From NCBI RefSeq assembly GCF_054482525.1, contig NZ_CM137006.1: a stretch of 64,000 nt of DNA. One strand, written 5' to 3'. The notes below the pieces were generated by a model. The model did no database searches. It saw nothing but the letters and a program-made list of their open reading frames with translations, and had not been told where the DNA came from. This document shows positions 37,198-49,216 of this stretch, one piece after another (positions within the stretch are counted from its first letter, which is position 1; each line of letters starts with the position of its first letter). The translations under genes were made by a program, and so were the position numbers.

Positions 37198-37728
37198 ATG
37201 GCTATCACTGGCATCTTTTTCGGCAGCGACACCGGTAATACCGAAAATATCGCAAAAATGATTCAAAAACAGCTTGGTAAAGACGTTGCCGATGTCCATG
37301 ACATTGCAAAAAGCAGCAAAGAAGATCTGGAAGCATATGACATTCTGCTGCTGGGCATCCCAACCTGGTATTACGGCGAAGCGCAGTGTGACTGGGATGA
37401 CTTCTTCCCGACTCTCGAAGAGATTGATTTCAATGGCAAACTGGTTGCGCTGTTTGGTTGTGGTGACCAGGAAGATTACGCTGAATACTTCTGTGACGCA
37501 TTGGGCACCATCCGCGACATCATTGAACCGCGTGGCGCAACCATCGTTGGTCACTGGCCAACTGCGGGCTACCATTTCGAAGCGTCAAAAGGTCTGGCAG
37601 ATGACGACCACTTTGTCGGTCTGGCTATCGACGAAGACCGTCAGCCGGAACTGACCGCTGAACGTGTAGAAAAATGGGTTAAACAGATTTCTGAAGAATT
37701 GCATCTCGACGAAATTCTCAATGCCTGA
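37198..37728 (+). CDS. fldA: Flavodoxin 1
   Basis: 176 aa from [27 protein letters not shown] (FMN-binding T/SxTGxT loop). Confidence 0.95.
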
Positions 37729-37933
37729 TGTGATGCGGCGTAGACTCATGTCTACGCCGTATTAATAGATAATGCCAATCAAAATAATTGCTACAAATTT
37801 GTAACTTTTGCTGTTGTACCTGTACAATGTCCCGGTGTTCAAGTGGCCTTGCCGTTGTAAATGTAAGCAGTGCCACGTTTTTATTAACAATATTTGCCAG
37901 GGACTTGTGGTTTTCATTTAGGCGTGGCAATTC

Positions 37934-37952
37934 TATAATGATACGCATTATC
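37934..37952 (+). promoter_or_regulatory. Fur-box-like operator (tataatgatacgcattatc) overlapping the uof start
   Basis: About 15 of 19 matches to the GATAATGATAATCATTATC consensus; consistent with fur autoregulation. Confidence 0.55.
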
Positions 37953-38024
37953 TCAAGAGCAAATTCTGTCACTTCTCCTAATGAAGTGAACCGCTTAGTA
38001 ACAGGACAGATTCCGCATGACTGA
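37938..38024 (+). CDS. uof: fur upstream leader peptide
   Basis: 28-aa ORF MIRIISRANSVTSPNEVNRLVTGQIPHD ending inside the fur start region (translational coupling). Confidence 0.8.
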   Translation: MIRIISRANSVTSPNEVNRLVTGQIPHD

Positions 38025-38463
38025 TAACAATACCGCCCTAAAGAAAGCTGGCCTGAAAGTAACGCTTCCTCGCTTGAAAATCCTGGAAGTTCTTCAGGAG
38101 CCGGACAACCATCACGTCAGTGCGGAAGATTTATACAAACGTCTGATCGATATGGGTGAAGAAATTGGTCTGGCTACGGTATATCGCGTACTGAACCAGT
38201 TTGACGACGCTGGTATCGTCACCCGCCACAATTTTGAAGGCGGTAAATCCGTATTTGAACTGACACAGCAACATCACCACGATCACCTGATCTGCCTCGA
38301 CTGCGGCAAGGTAATCGAATTTAGTGATGATTCCATCGAAGCGCGTCAGCGTGAAATTGCCGCAAAACATGGCATTCGCCTGACTAACCACAGTCTCTAT
38401 CTTTACGGTCACTGTGCCGAAGGCGATTGCCGCGAAGATGAGCACGCGCACGAAGGCAAATAA
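38017..38463 (+). CDS. fur: Ferric uptake regulator
   Basis: 148 aa, MTDNNTALKKAGLKVTLPRLKILEVLQ... Confidence 0.97.
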   Translation: MTDNNTALKKAGLKVTLPRLKILEVLQEPDNHHVSAEDLYKRLIDMGEEIGLATVYRVLNQFDDAGIVTRHNFEGGKSVFELTQQHHHDHLICLDCGKVIEFSDDSIEARQREIAAKHGIRLTNHSLYLYGHCAEGDCREDEHAHEGK

Positions 38464-38481
38464 GCCAGCCGGAACGAGAAA

Positions 38482-38506
38482 AGCCAACCTGCGGGTTGGC
38501 TTTTTT
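38482..38506. terminator. Bidirectional terminator between fur and chiQ
   Basis: aagccaacctgcgggttggctttttt. Confidence 0.65.
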
Positions 38507-38546
38507 ATACACGGGAAATAAGAAAAGCGAGAGTTACAGCTCTCAC

Positions 38547-38873
38547 TTATTTGTTATTACTGCGAATTTCCTGCCAGACCTTATCACAATCGGCTTTTAC
38601 CGCCTGGTCATTACCGGTTTGCGTTGCGCGCAGACACTGCTGATAATCCAGTACGCGTACACTTTCCTGATCGGCAAACTGCTGATGTTGTTTCTCTTTC
38701 TTCAGCACGTTTAACACGCTCTGGCAGGCTTCAATTTTTTCTGGCGAACCTTGTGCGGTGTTGATACAGGCGCTGTATGCCTCTTTCAGACGACTGTCTT
38801 CCTGTGGCGCGGTTGATTGCGCACAAGCCACCAGCCCCGATGCCATCATGGCGATGAGAATCAGTTTTTTCAT
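38547..38873 (-). CDS. chiQ: Lipoprotein ChiQ
   Basis: 108 aa with lipobox (LVAC) signal; downstream of chiP. Confidence 0.85.
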   Translation of the reverse strand: MKKLILIAMMASGLVACAQSTAPQEDSRLKEAYSACINTAQGSPEKIEACQSVLNVLKKEKQHQQFADQESVRVLDYQQCLRATQTGNDQAVKADCDKVWQEIRSNNK

Positions 38874-38922
38874 AGCAAATTCCTCAAACGTGCGGCAGGC
38901 ACAAAACCTGCCGCGTCGGGCA

Positions 38923-40328
38923 TCAGAAGATGGTGAATGGTGCGATTACCATAAATTTCACGTCGCGCTCATCCTGGAAGATGTTACCGTAACCGCCGCC
39001 CCAGCTTGGGATGTCGGAGTGGTTGTCGTATTCGGTGAAGTGCAGTTTGAACATCGTGCCTTTAGCGCGACCGTCCTGAATGGTGTAGACCGCATCCAGG
39101 CTGTATGCAGACTCTTCAATAGTCCGGTTCTTGTCGTAGTACGCATCCGGGTTGCTCTGCCAGGTAGCGGGTTTAGCATCCCATGCGTAAACGTAGGAAG
39201 CGCCGATGGCGAAGCCTGGAAGATTCCAGTTTTTCAGATCATACATCGCGCCGAAGAAAACCGCTTTTTCGCCGTTGGCGTTAAAGTCAGAACGGTTATC
39301 CCACCAGATATCCAGGCGGCCGTTCGAGGAAGCGTAGGTTGGGGTCATACGTTGCAGGAAGTATCCCTGCTGACCGTCGGCTTTAACCCAGGTGCCTTCC
39401 AGACGCAAATCCACTACGTCAGCCGCCCGGTAACCAAAGGTCAACGCTTGCAGCCAGGCGGTGCCGTCATAAAGATCGTTGACGCTGCGATCGTCAACTT
39501 TATCGCGCGTACCGTAGAACTGGTAGCTGGTGGTTAACGGGCTACCGGCGATATCAAATTTGTAGCTGGCTTTGGCAAAATATTGATCGATATACCCTTC
39601 TGCCTGACCAAATGCCGCTTCCAGTACAAAGTTATTTTTGAAGTCGTACTTCGCACCAATAGAATGCAGATAATCAACTTTGGTGGTTTTATCGTCTGAT
39701 AAAACTCATCCATTTCCAGATGCCACGGTGCTTTGTATTCGTTGGTCCACATGTAGGAGAAACTCAACGCACCAGCTTCGCCGTAATCAAAATTCGCCCC
39801 GGCTTCCGCACCCTGATAAGTACCCGGCATAAAACTCCAGTGCGGCGCTAACAGCGTCTGACCGGTTGGCTGAATATAACCTGCCCTCGCCCACACCGGG
39901 CCGTATTTAAATTTGGCCGCTGCTTTATACAGGCTTATACCGCTTTTATCGCCGGACCAGTCTTCGTCATAGGCTTTATTGCTTTTTGAAAACGCGATTT
40001 CGTTCGGGTGAGAGCTGTCACCGTTTTCCGCCATTTCAATCGCCGTAAACGCAGCAATATCAAGGCCGAACATATCAGCAGCATAACCGGACTGAAAATC
40101 GAGGTTGGCATTCCAGGTGGAGTGAGAAAGGTTGGTTTTGTATTTGTCGCCGTCGGTAACATCTTTACGGTCGCGTTCACGCTGCCAGTAATAGATACCG
40201 CCGGTTAAGGTTGAATCGTCGATGAATCCTTCGGCGCGAGCCTCCGGCATTGCCATAAAGCCCGACATTGCTGTAACACCGGCGATAGCCAGCGCCAGCG
40301 TACTACGTTTGCCACTAAACGTACGCAT
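38923..40328 (-). pseudogene. chiP: Chitoporin ChiP (outer-membrane porin), reading frame broken by an apparent 1-bp deletion
   Basis: Track ORFs 39534..40328 (264 aa) and 38923..39444 (173 aa) are the N- and C-terminal parts of one porin; the upstream frame diverges after ...HLEMDEFYQ into nonsense and stops, while shifting by one base at ~39694-39697 restores [22 protein letters not shown]... continuous with the C-terminal ORF. Confidence 0.8.
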
Positions 40329-40685
40329 GGGTTAATCCTCTTTGACGTATAAATTGCTGCACCAAAGGTGAACAGCGAAAAAAATAAAAATAAAAAAAGT
40401 AGCGTTGAGAAAAGTCTCGCTGACTACAGGAACAGACTATTTTTCGCGACGCGAATTATCAATCTCTTTCTGTAACCAGAATGTAAGAACATGAGCAACC
40501 GCACATATTTTGATGATTTTTGTTACAAGGCTTAAGTTTGCAGTTGAAAGGCTTGCAGAAGAATAAAAGCGTGAATTTCCAGCAAGATGAAAACGGTTAC
40601 ATTTTATTTAATTATGGTTTGTGATTTTAAATTTGTTTTATGGATAAATTGCGAAGCGGAATTAATTCGCGAAGAAAAGCAGAAA

Positions 40686-40712
40686 AAAACGCCGCAGAGC
40701 GCGGCGTTTGGG
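40686..40712 (-). terminator. glnS rho-independent terminator
   Basis: Minus-strand hairpin aaacgccgcgctctgcggcgttttttt. Confidence 0.65.
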
Positions 40713-40730
40713 ATAATTTGCATATTTCTT

Positions 40731-40766
40731 GCCGGATGCGGCGTAAAAGCCTCACCCGGCCTGGTA
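40731..40766. repeat. REP-like palindromic unit
   Basis: gccggatgcggcgtaaaagcctcacccggcctggta. Confidence 0.55.
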
Positions 40767-40776
40767 GAACTTAAAA

Positions 40777-42441
40777 TTACTCGCCTACTTTCGCCCAGGT
40801 ATCACGCAGCCCAACGGTGCGGTTAAATACCGGTTTTTCCGCCGTAGAATGGCGGCTGTCGAGGCAGAAATAACCTTCACGCTCAAACTGGAATGCTTTA
40901 CCCGCTACCGCGTCTTTCAGAGACGGTTCAGCAAAGCCCTGTTTGATCACCAGCGATTCCGGGTTAATCACCGACAGGAAATCATCCGCAGCACCTGGGT
41001 TCGGCACGCTGAACAGACGATCGTACAGGCGGATTTCAACCGGCAGCGCATGTGCCGCGCTCACCCAGTGAATAACACCTTTGACTTTACGACCATCTGC
41101 CGGATCTTTGCTTAAGGTGTCGGCGTCATAAGTACAGAAGATGGTGGTGATATTGCCTTCGGCATCTTTCTCCACGCGTTCAGCCTTAATGACGTAAGCA
41201 TTACGCAGACGCACTTCTTTACCCAGCACCAGACGTTTGTACTGCTTGTTAGCTTCTTCGCGGAAATCGGCGCGATCGATCCAAATCTCACCGCTAAACG
41301 GCACCTGACGGCTCCCCATTTCCGGTTTGTTCGGATGGTTCGGCATGGTGACCATTTCGCCTTCGCCATGGTAGTTTTCGATAACCAGTTTCACCGGATC
41401 GATAACCGCCATTGCGCGCGGCGCATTTTCGTTGAGATCTTCACGGATGCAGGATTCCAGCGACGCCATTTCAATGGTGTTGTCCTGCTTGGTCACGCCG
41501 ATGCGTTTGCAGAACTCACGAATAGAAGCCGCAGTGTAACCACGACGACGCAGACCGGAAATGGTCGGCATACGTGGGTCATCCCAGCCTTCAACGTGCT
41601 TGTCGGTCACCAGCAGGTTCAGCTTACGCTTGGACATCACGGTGTATTCCAGATTCAGGCGCGAGAATTCGTACTGGCGCGGGTGAACAGGAATGGTGAT
41701 GTTGTCCAGTACCCAGTCGTACAGACGACGGTTGTCCTGGAACTCAAGCGTACACAGAGAGTGCGTAATACCTTCCAGCGCATCGCTGATGCAATGTGTG
41801 AAGTCGTACATCGGGTAGATGCACCACTTGTTGCCAGTCTGGTGGTGTTCAGCAAATTTAATGCGGTACAGCACCGGATCGCGCATTACGATAAATGGCG
41901 ACGCCATGTCGATTTTCGCACGCAGGCAGGCTTTACCTTCTTCAAAACCACCGGCACGCATTTTTTCGAACAGCGCCAGGTTCTCTTCAACGCTGCGGTC
42001 GCGGTACGGGCTGTTTTTACCCGGCTGCGTCAGGGTACCGCGGTATTCGCGGATCTGTTCCGGCGTCAGTTCATCAACGTACGCCAGGCCTTTATTGATC
42101 AGTTCGATCGCATAGGCGTGGAGCTGATCAAAATAATCGGAGGAGTAACGGACGTTACCAGACCAGTGAAAACCTAACCACTCTACGTCGTTTTTGATCG
42201 AATCGACATACTCGATATCTTCTTTTACCGGGTTAGTGTCGTCGAAACGCAGGTTGCACTGGCCTTTATAGTCTTGGGCGATCCCGAAGTTCAGGCAGAT
42301 AGATTTCGCATGGCCAATATGCAGATAGCCATTCGGCTCCGGCGGGAAACGGGTGTGTACTGTGGTGTGCTTACCACTGGCCAGATCTTCATCGATGATC
42401 TGACGAATAAAGTTAGTCGGGCGGGCTTCTGCCTCACTCAT
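40777..42441 (-). CDS. glnS: Glutaminyl-tRNA synthetase
   Basis: 554 aa; class I HIGH motif (HIGHAKS) and MSK motif. Confidence 0.97.
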   Translation of the reverse strand: MSEAEARPTNFIRQIIDEDLASGKHTTVHTRFPPEPNGYLHIGHAKSICLNFGIAQDYKGQCNLRFDDTNPVKEDIEYVDSIKNDVEWLGFHWSGNVRYSSDYFDQLHAYAIELINKGLAYVDELTPEQIREYRGTLTQPGKNSPYRDRSVEENLALFEKMRAGGFEEGKACLRAKIDMASPFIVMRDPVLYRIKFAEHHQTGNKWCIYPMYDFTHCISDALEGITHSLCTLEFQDNRRLYDWVLDNITIPVHPRQYEFSRLNLEYTVMSKRKLNLLVTDKHVEGWDDPRMPTISGLRRRGYTAASIREFCKRIGVTKQDNTIEMASLESCIREDLNENAPRAMAVIDPVKLVIENYHGEGEMVTMPNHPNKPEMGSRQVPFSGEIWIDRADFREEANKQYKRLVLGKEVRLRNAYVIKAERVEKDAEGNITTIFCTYDADTLSKDPADGRKVKGVIHWVSAAHALPVEIRLYDRLFSVPNPGAADDFLSVINPESLVIKQGFAEPSLKDAVAGKAFQFEREGYFCLDSRHSTAEKPVFNRTVGLRDTWAKVGE

Positions 42442-42604
42442 CGTGGATTCCTCAAAGCGTAAACAACGTATAACGGCGTATGATCTTATAAGCGGGACAG
42501 GCTGACAACTGTTAGTTAGTGAAAATCGAAAATCTCACTGAGATTATGGGGATGATTGATGAAAAAAAAAGCGGCAGAGAAGATCTCCACCGCTTATCAT
42601 TGTT

Positions 42605-42628
42605 GGATGCGACGCTCAAGCGTCGCAT
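42605..42628. repeat. Perfect palindrome gatgcgacgct-caagcgtcgcatc (REP-like) between nagE and glnS
   Basis: Read from the sequence. Confidence 0.5.
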
Positions 42629-42643
42629 CAGGCATAAAGCAGA

Positions 42644-44590
42644 TTACTTTTTGATTTCATACAGCGGTGTTTGACCCGCCACAACATGGCCCTGAGCTTT
42701 AATGATCAAGCCACTGAAATCGTCAATATTGCTGCAAACCACCGGGCTAATCATCGAGCGGGCGTTAGCGTTCAGGTAATCCAGATCCATTTCCAGAATC
42801 GGTTGCCCTGCGCTTACCTGCGCGCCCTCTTCCACCAGACGTTTAAAGCCTTTACCTTCCAGCGCTACGGTGTCGATACCCATATGGACGACAATCTCCG
42901 CGCCTTTTTCGGTTTCCAGGCAGAACGCGTGGTTGGTGTTGAAGATTTTCACGATTGTCCCTGCGGCTGGTGATACGACGATTTTATCTGTCGGTTTCAC
43001 CGCCACACCGTCACCCACCGCTTTGCTGGCGAATGCTTCGTCAGGAACCTGATCCAGTGCCACAACATCACCGGTAATCGGCGATACCAGCTCCGCGATA
43101 GACACCGCGTTTGGTACAGCCTGCGGTTTTGCTACAGGCGCGGCAGTTGCAGGCGCAGTTTCAGCTGACGCAGCGGCTACCGGACCACGGGCAACAACTT
43201 TCTTCATTGCATCGTCAATGGATTCCGCTTTCGCGCCAACAATCACCTGAATAGTCTGTTTGTTCAGTTTCACTACCCCAGAAGCACCCAGACGTTTACA
43301 CATCGCATCGTTGACGCGAGCCGAGTCAACCACGGTCAGGCGCAGACGAGTAATACAGGCGTCAATTGCTTTCAGGTTGTCAGTACCGCCCACCGCAGCA
43401 ATATAGTTGGTCGCCAGTTGAGTCAGACCTTCTTCTGTGTTGCTGTTGGCTTCTTCAGTAACGATCTCGTCTTCTTTATCTTCACGGCCCGGCGTTTTCA
43501 GGTTGAACATACGGATAACCAAACTGAACACCACGAAGTAGATAGCGAAGAAGACAACACCCATAACCAGCAGCATCCAGACGTTCTGGCTGGCGGCCGG
43601 CAGGTTATACATCAACGCGTAGTCGATAGCCCCCGCAGAGAAGGAGAAGCCCGCGTGGATACCCAGCAGCGTTGCCACAAACAGGCTGATACCGGTCAGC
43701 AGTGCGTGCAGGAGGTACAGCAGCGGCGCAAGGAACATGAACAGGAATTCCAGCGGCTCAGTCACACCGGTCAGGAACGCAGTAACAGCAACAGAAAGCA
43801 GCATCCCGCCAACCATCGGACGACGCTCTTTCGGTGCTGCGAAGTACATCGCCAGCGCCGCACCCGGCAGACCGAACATCATGATCGGGAAGAAGCCGGA
43901 CATGAACATCCCCGCGGTGCCGTCACCAGCGTAGAAACGGTTGATGTCGCCGTGGAAAACCGTACCCGCCGCGTTGGTGAATTCACCAATCTGGAACCAG
44001 GCGATGGTGTTCAGCACCTGATGCAGACCGGTTGGGATCAGCAGACGGTTGATGAAACCAAAGATACCGGAACCCAGCGCGCCCGCAGAAACGATCCACT
44101 CGCCGCCTGCATGGATAGCGTGCTGTACCGGCGGCCAGACGTAACCAAAAATGGCCGCCAGCACCAGGCAGAAGAAGCCGGTGGCAATCGGCACAAAGCG
44201 TTTGCCGCCGAAGAAGCTCAGGAAGTCAGGCAGTTTAATATCGGACCAACGGTTATAGGCTGCGCCACCAACCAGACCGGTAATGATACCTGCCAGTACA
44301 CCCATGTTAATTTCTGGGTTGATGGTCACCATCGCTTTGGTTAACACAAAGTAACCTACCGCACCCGCCAGCGCCGCCGCACCTGCGCTGTCTTTCGACC
44401 AGCTGGATGCCACACCGATGGCGAAGATTAATGCGAGGTTATCAAAAATCGCACCGCCCGCCTGGGCAATAAACGCAACGTTAAGTAAATCTGGCTGACC
44501 GAATCGCAGCAACAGCGCCGCCACCGGCAGCACCGCGATAGGGAGCTGTAACGCCCTACCGAGTCGCTGGAAAAAACCTAAAATATTCAT
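42644..44590 (-). CDS. nagE: PTS N-acetylglucosamine-specific EIICBA component
   Basis: 648 aa, polytopic N-terminus plus EIIB/EIIA domains. Confidence 0.95.
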   Translation of the reverse strand: MNILGFFQRLGRALQLPIAVLPVAALLLRFGQPDLLNVAFIAQAGGAIFDNLALIFAIGVASSWSKDSAGAAALAGAVGYFVLTKAMVTINPEINMGVLAGIITGLVGGAAYNRWSDIKLPDFLSFFGGKRFVPIATGFFCLVLAAIFGYVWPPVQHAIHAGGEWIVSAGALGSGIFGFINRLLIPTGLHQVLNTIAWFQIGEFTNAAGTVFHGDINRFYAGDGTAGMFMSGFFPIMMFGLPGAALAMYFAAPKERRPMVGGMLLSVAVTAFLTGVTEPLEFLFMFLAPLLYLLHALLTGISLFVATLLGIHAGFSFSAGAIDYALMYNLPAASQNVWMLLVMGVVFFAIYFVVFSLVIRMFNLKTPGREDKEDEIVTEEANSNTEEGLTQLATNYIAAVGGTDNLKAIDACITRLRLTVVDSARVNDAMCKRLGASGVVKLNKQTIQVIVGAKAESIDDAMKKVVARGPVAAASAETAPATAAPVAKPQAVPNAVSIAELVSPITGDVVALDQVPDEAFASKAVGDGVAVKPTDKIVVSPAAGTIVKIFNTNHAFCLETEKGAEIVVHMGIDTVALEGKGFKRLVEEGAQVSAGQPILEMDLDYLNANARSMISPVVCSNIDDFSGLIIKAQGHVVAGQTPLYEIKK

Positions 44591-44922
44591 CTTATTCCCC
44601 CTACGAGAACCCTATTTGGCTCGTTTAAAGCCGTATTTTTATTTTGCTGCAAATTGTACTGCCGATGTTCTGTAATCAGATTGTTAGATCATCTGCTACA
44701 GAGTGTGTGAAAATTTAATTCGTATCGCAAATTAAACGCGTGTCTTTTGTGAGTTTTGTCACCAAATATCGTTATCATCACTCCCTTTTACTGGCTAAAC
44801 CAGAAAACTTATTTTATCATTCAAAAAATCAGGTCGGATTGACGCCTGTCTGCGCAAATCCAGGTTACGCTTAAAGATGCCTAATCCGCCAACGGCTTAC
44901 ATTTTACTTATTGAGGTGAATA
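44591..44922. promoter_or_regulatory. Divergent nagE / nagBACD promoter region
   Basis: Intergenic interval between divergent starts; this is the known NagC- and CRP-regulated control region in E. coli, but individual operators were not mapped. Confidence 0.6.
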
Positions 44923-46931
<2,009 letters not shown>

Positions 46932-46939
46932 GAGAAAGT

Positions 46940-48160
46940 ATGACACCAGGCGGACAAGCTCAGATAGGTAATGTTGATCTCGTAAAACAGCTTAACAGCG
47001 CGGCGGTTTATCGCCTGATTGACCAGTATGGGCCAATCTCGCGGATTCAGATTGCCGAGCAAAGCCAGCTTGCCCCCGCCAGCGTAACCAAAATTACGCG
47101 TCAGCTTATCGAACGCGGGCTGATCAAAGAAGTTGATCAGCAGGCCTCCACCGGGGGCCGCCGCGCTATCTCTATCGTCACCGAAACCCGCAATTTCCAC
47201 GCAATCGGTGTACGGCTTGGTCGTCACGACGCCACCATTACTCTGTTCGATCTCAGTAGCAAAGTGCTGGCAGAAGAACATTACCCGCTGCCGGAACGTA
47301 CCCAGCAGACGCTGGAACATGCCCTGCTGAATGCCATTGCTCAGTTTATTGATAGCTACCAGCGCAAGCTGCGCGAGCTGATTGCCATTTCCGTGATCCT
47401 GCCAGGGCTTGTTGACCCGGACAGCGGCAAAATTCATTACATGCCGCATATTCAGGTAGAAAACTGGGGGCTGGTAGAAGCTCTGGAAGAACGTTTTAAA
47501 GTGACCTGTTTCGTCGGTCACGATATCCGTAGTCTGGCACTGGCAGAGCACTACTTCGGTGCAAGTCAGGATTGCGAAGATTCCATTCTGGTGCGTGTCC
47601 ATCGCGGGACCGGGGCCGGGATTATCTCTAACGGGCGCATTTTTATTGGCCGCAACGGTAACGTCGGTGAAATTGGCCATATTCAGGTCGAACCGCTGGG
47701 TGAACGCTGCCACTGCGGCAATTTTGGCTGCCTGGAAACTATCGCTGCCAACGCCGCTATTGAACAACGGGTGTTGAATCTGTTAAAGCAGGGCTACCAG
47801 AGCCGCGTGCCGCTGGACGACTGCACCATAAAAACTATCTGCAAAGCTGCGAACAAAGGCGATAGCCTGGCGTCGGAAGTGATTGAGTATGTCGGTCGTC
47901 ATCTGGGCAAAACCATCGCCATTGCCATCAACCTGTTTAATCCGCAAAAAATTGTTATTGCCGGTGAAATCACCGAAGCCGATAAAGTGCTGCTCCCTGC
48001 TATTGAAAGCTGCATTAATACCCAGGCGCTGAAGGCGTTTCGCACTAATCTGCCGGTGGTACGTTCTGAGCTGGATCACCGCTCGGCAATCGGCGCTTTT
48101 GCGCTGGTAAAACGCGCCATGCTCAACGGTATTTTGCTCCAGCATTTGCTGGAAAATTAA
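46940..48160 (+). CDS. nagC: NagC transcriptional regulator (ROK family)
   Basis: 406 aa with N-terminal HTH and ROK domain. Confidence 0.95.
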   Translation: MTPGGQAQIGNVDLVKQLNSAAVYRLIDQYGPISRIQIAEQSQLAPASVTKITRQLIERGLIKEVDQQASTGGRRAISIVTETRNFHAIGVRLGRHDATITLFDLSSKVLAEEHYPLPERTQQTLEHALLNAIAQFIDSYQRKLRELIAISVILPGLVDPDSGKIHYMPHIQVENWGLVEALEERFKVTCFVGHDIRSLALAEHYFGASQDCEDSILVRVHRGTGAGIISNGRIFIGRNGNVGEIGHIQVEPLGERCHCGNFGCLETIAANAAIEQRVLNLLKQGYQSRVPLDDCTIKTICKAANKGDSLASEVIEYVGRHLGKTIAIAINLFNPQKIVIAGEITEADKVLLPAIESCINTQALKAFRTNLPVVRSELDHRSAIGAFALVKRAMLNGILLQHLLEN

Positions 48161-48207
48161 TGTGCTTTTATAGTGGCGCTTATTGTTGTCAATATTCTGG
48201 GTAGTCC

Positions 48208-48960
48208 ATGACCATTAAAAATGTAATTTGCGATATCGACGGCGTGCTGATGCACGATAACGTCGCCGTACCGGGTGCAGCGGAATTTTTGCACGGGATT
48301 ATGGATAAAGGCCTGCCGCTGGTGTTGCTGACCAACTATCCTTCGCAGACCGGGCAAGATCTGGCGAACCGCTTTGCCACTGCGGGTGTCGATGTGCCGG
48401 ACAGCGTGTTTTATACCTCCGCGATGGCGACCGCCGATTTCCTGCGTCGCCAGGAAGGCAAGAAAGCGTATGTGGTGGGCGAAGGCGCACTGATTCATGA
48501 ACTGTACAAAGCCGGTTTCACTATTACCGATGTGAACCCTGATTTCGTGATTGTTGGCGAAACGCGTTCCTACAACTGGGACATGATGCATAAAGCAGCC
48601 TATTTCGTCGCTAACGGTGCACGTTTTATCGCCACCAATCCGGACACCCACGGGCGCGGTTTTTATCCCGCGTGTGGCGCGCTGTGTGCAGGCATCGAAA
48701 AAATCTCCGGGCGTAAACCGTTCTATGTTGGTAAACCGAGTCCGTGGATCATCCGCGCGGCATTAAACAAAATGCAGGCGCATTCGGAAGAAACGGTGAT
48801 TGTCGGCGATAACCTGCGTACCGATATTCTGGCGGGCTTCCAGGCGGGTCTGGAGACGATTCTGGTGCTTTCTGGTGTTTCATCGCTCGACGATATCGAC
48901 AGTATGCCGTTCCGCCCTAGCTGGATTTACCCGTCGGTCGCTGAAATCGACGTTATCTGA
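48208..48960 (+). CDS. nagD: HAD-family UMP/ribonucleotide phosphatase
   Basis: 250 aa with HAD motif I (CDIDGVL). Confidence 0.9.
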   Translation: MTIKNVICDIDGVLMHDNVAVPGAAEFLHGIMDKGLPLVLLTNYPSQTGQDLANRFATAGVDVPDSVFYTSAMATADFLRRQEGKKAYVVGEGALIHELYKAGFTITDVNPDFVIVGETRSYNWDMMHKAAYFVANGARFIATNPDTHGRGFYPACGALCAGIEKISGRKPFYVGKPSPWIIRAALNKMQAHSEETVIVGDNLRTDILAGFQAGLETILVLSGVSSLDDIDSMPFRPSWIYPSVAEIDVI

Positions 48961-49216
48961 ATAGCAACCACGTCTGCGGACGTGGTTTCTTATTTTTACC
49001 CATCACTAAAATTCGCCCATTCAATAAAACCCGCCAAAAATTATCGATTCATCAATAAATACACCTCCACACCCTACCCTTTTTCATTAATCAGCAATCA
49101 CCATTACGTTTTTTATTTACCCCCTGCCAAATCGCTTGCGCACAGTGCTGCTTTGCGGCATTTTTTTAAACAAGCAAACACAACAAGCAACAAATACCAG
49201 GTTAACGGAGAAGGTT

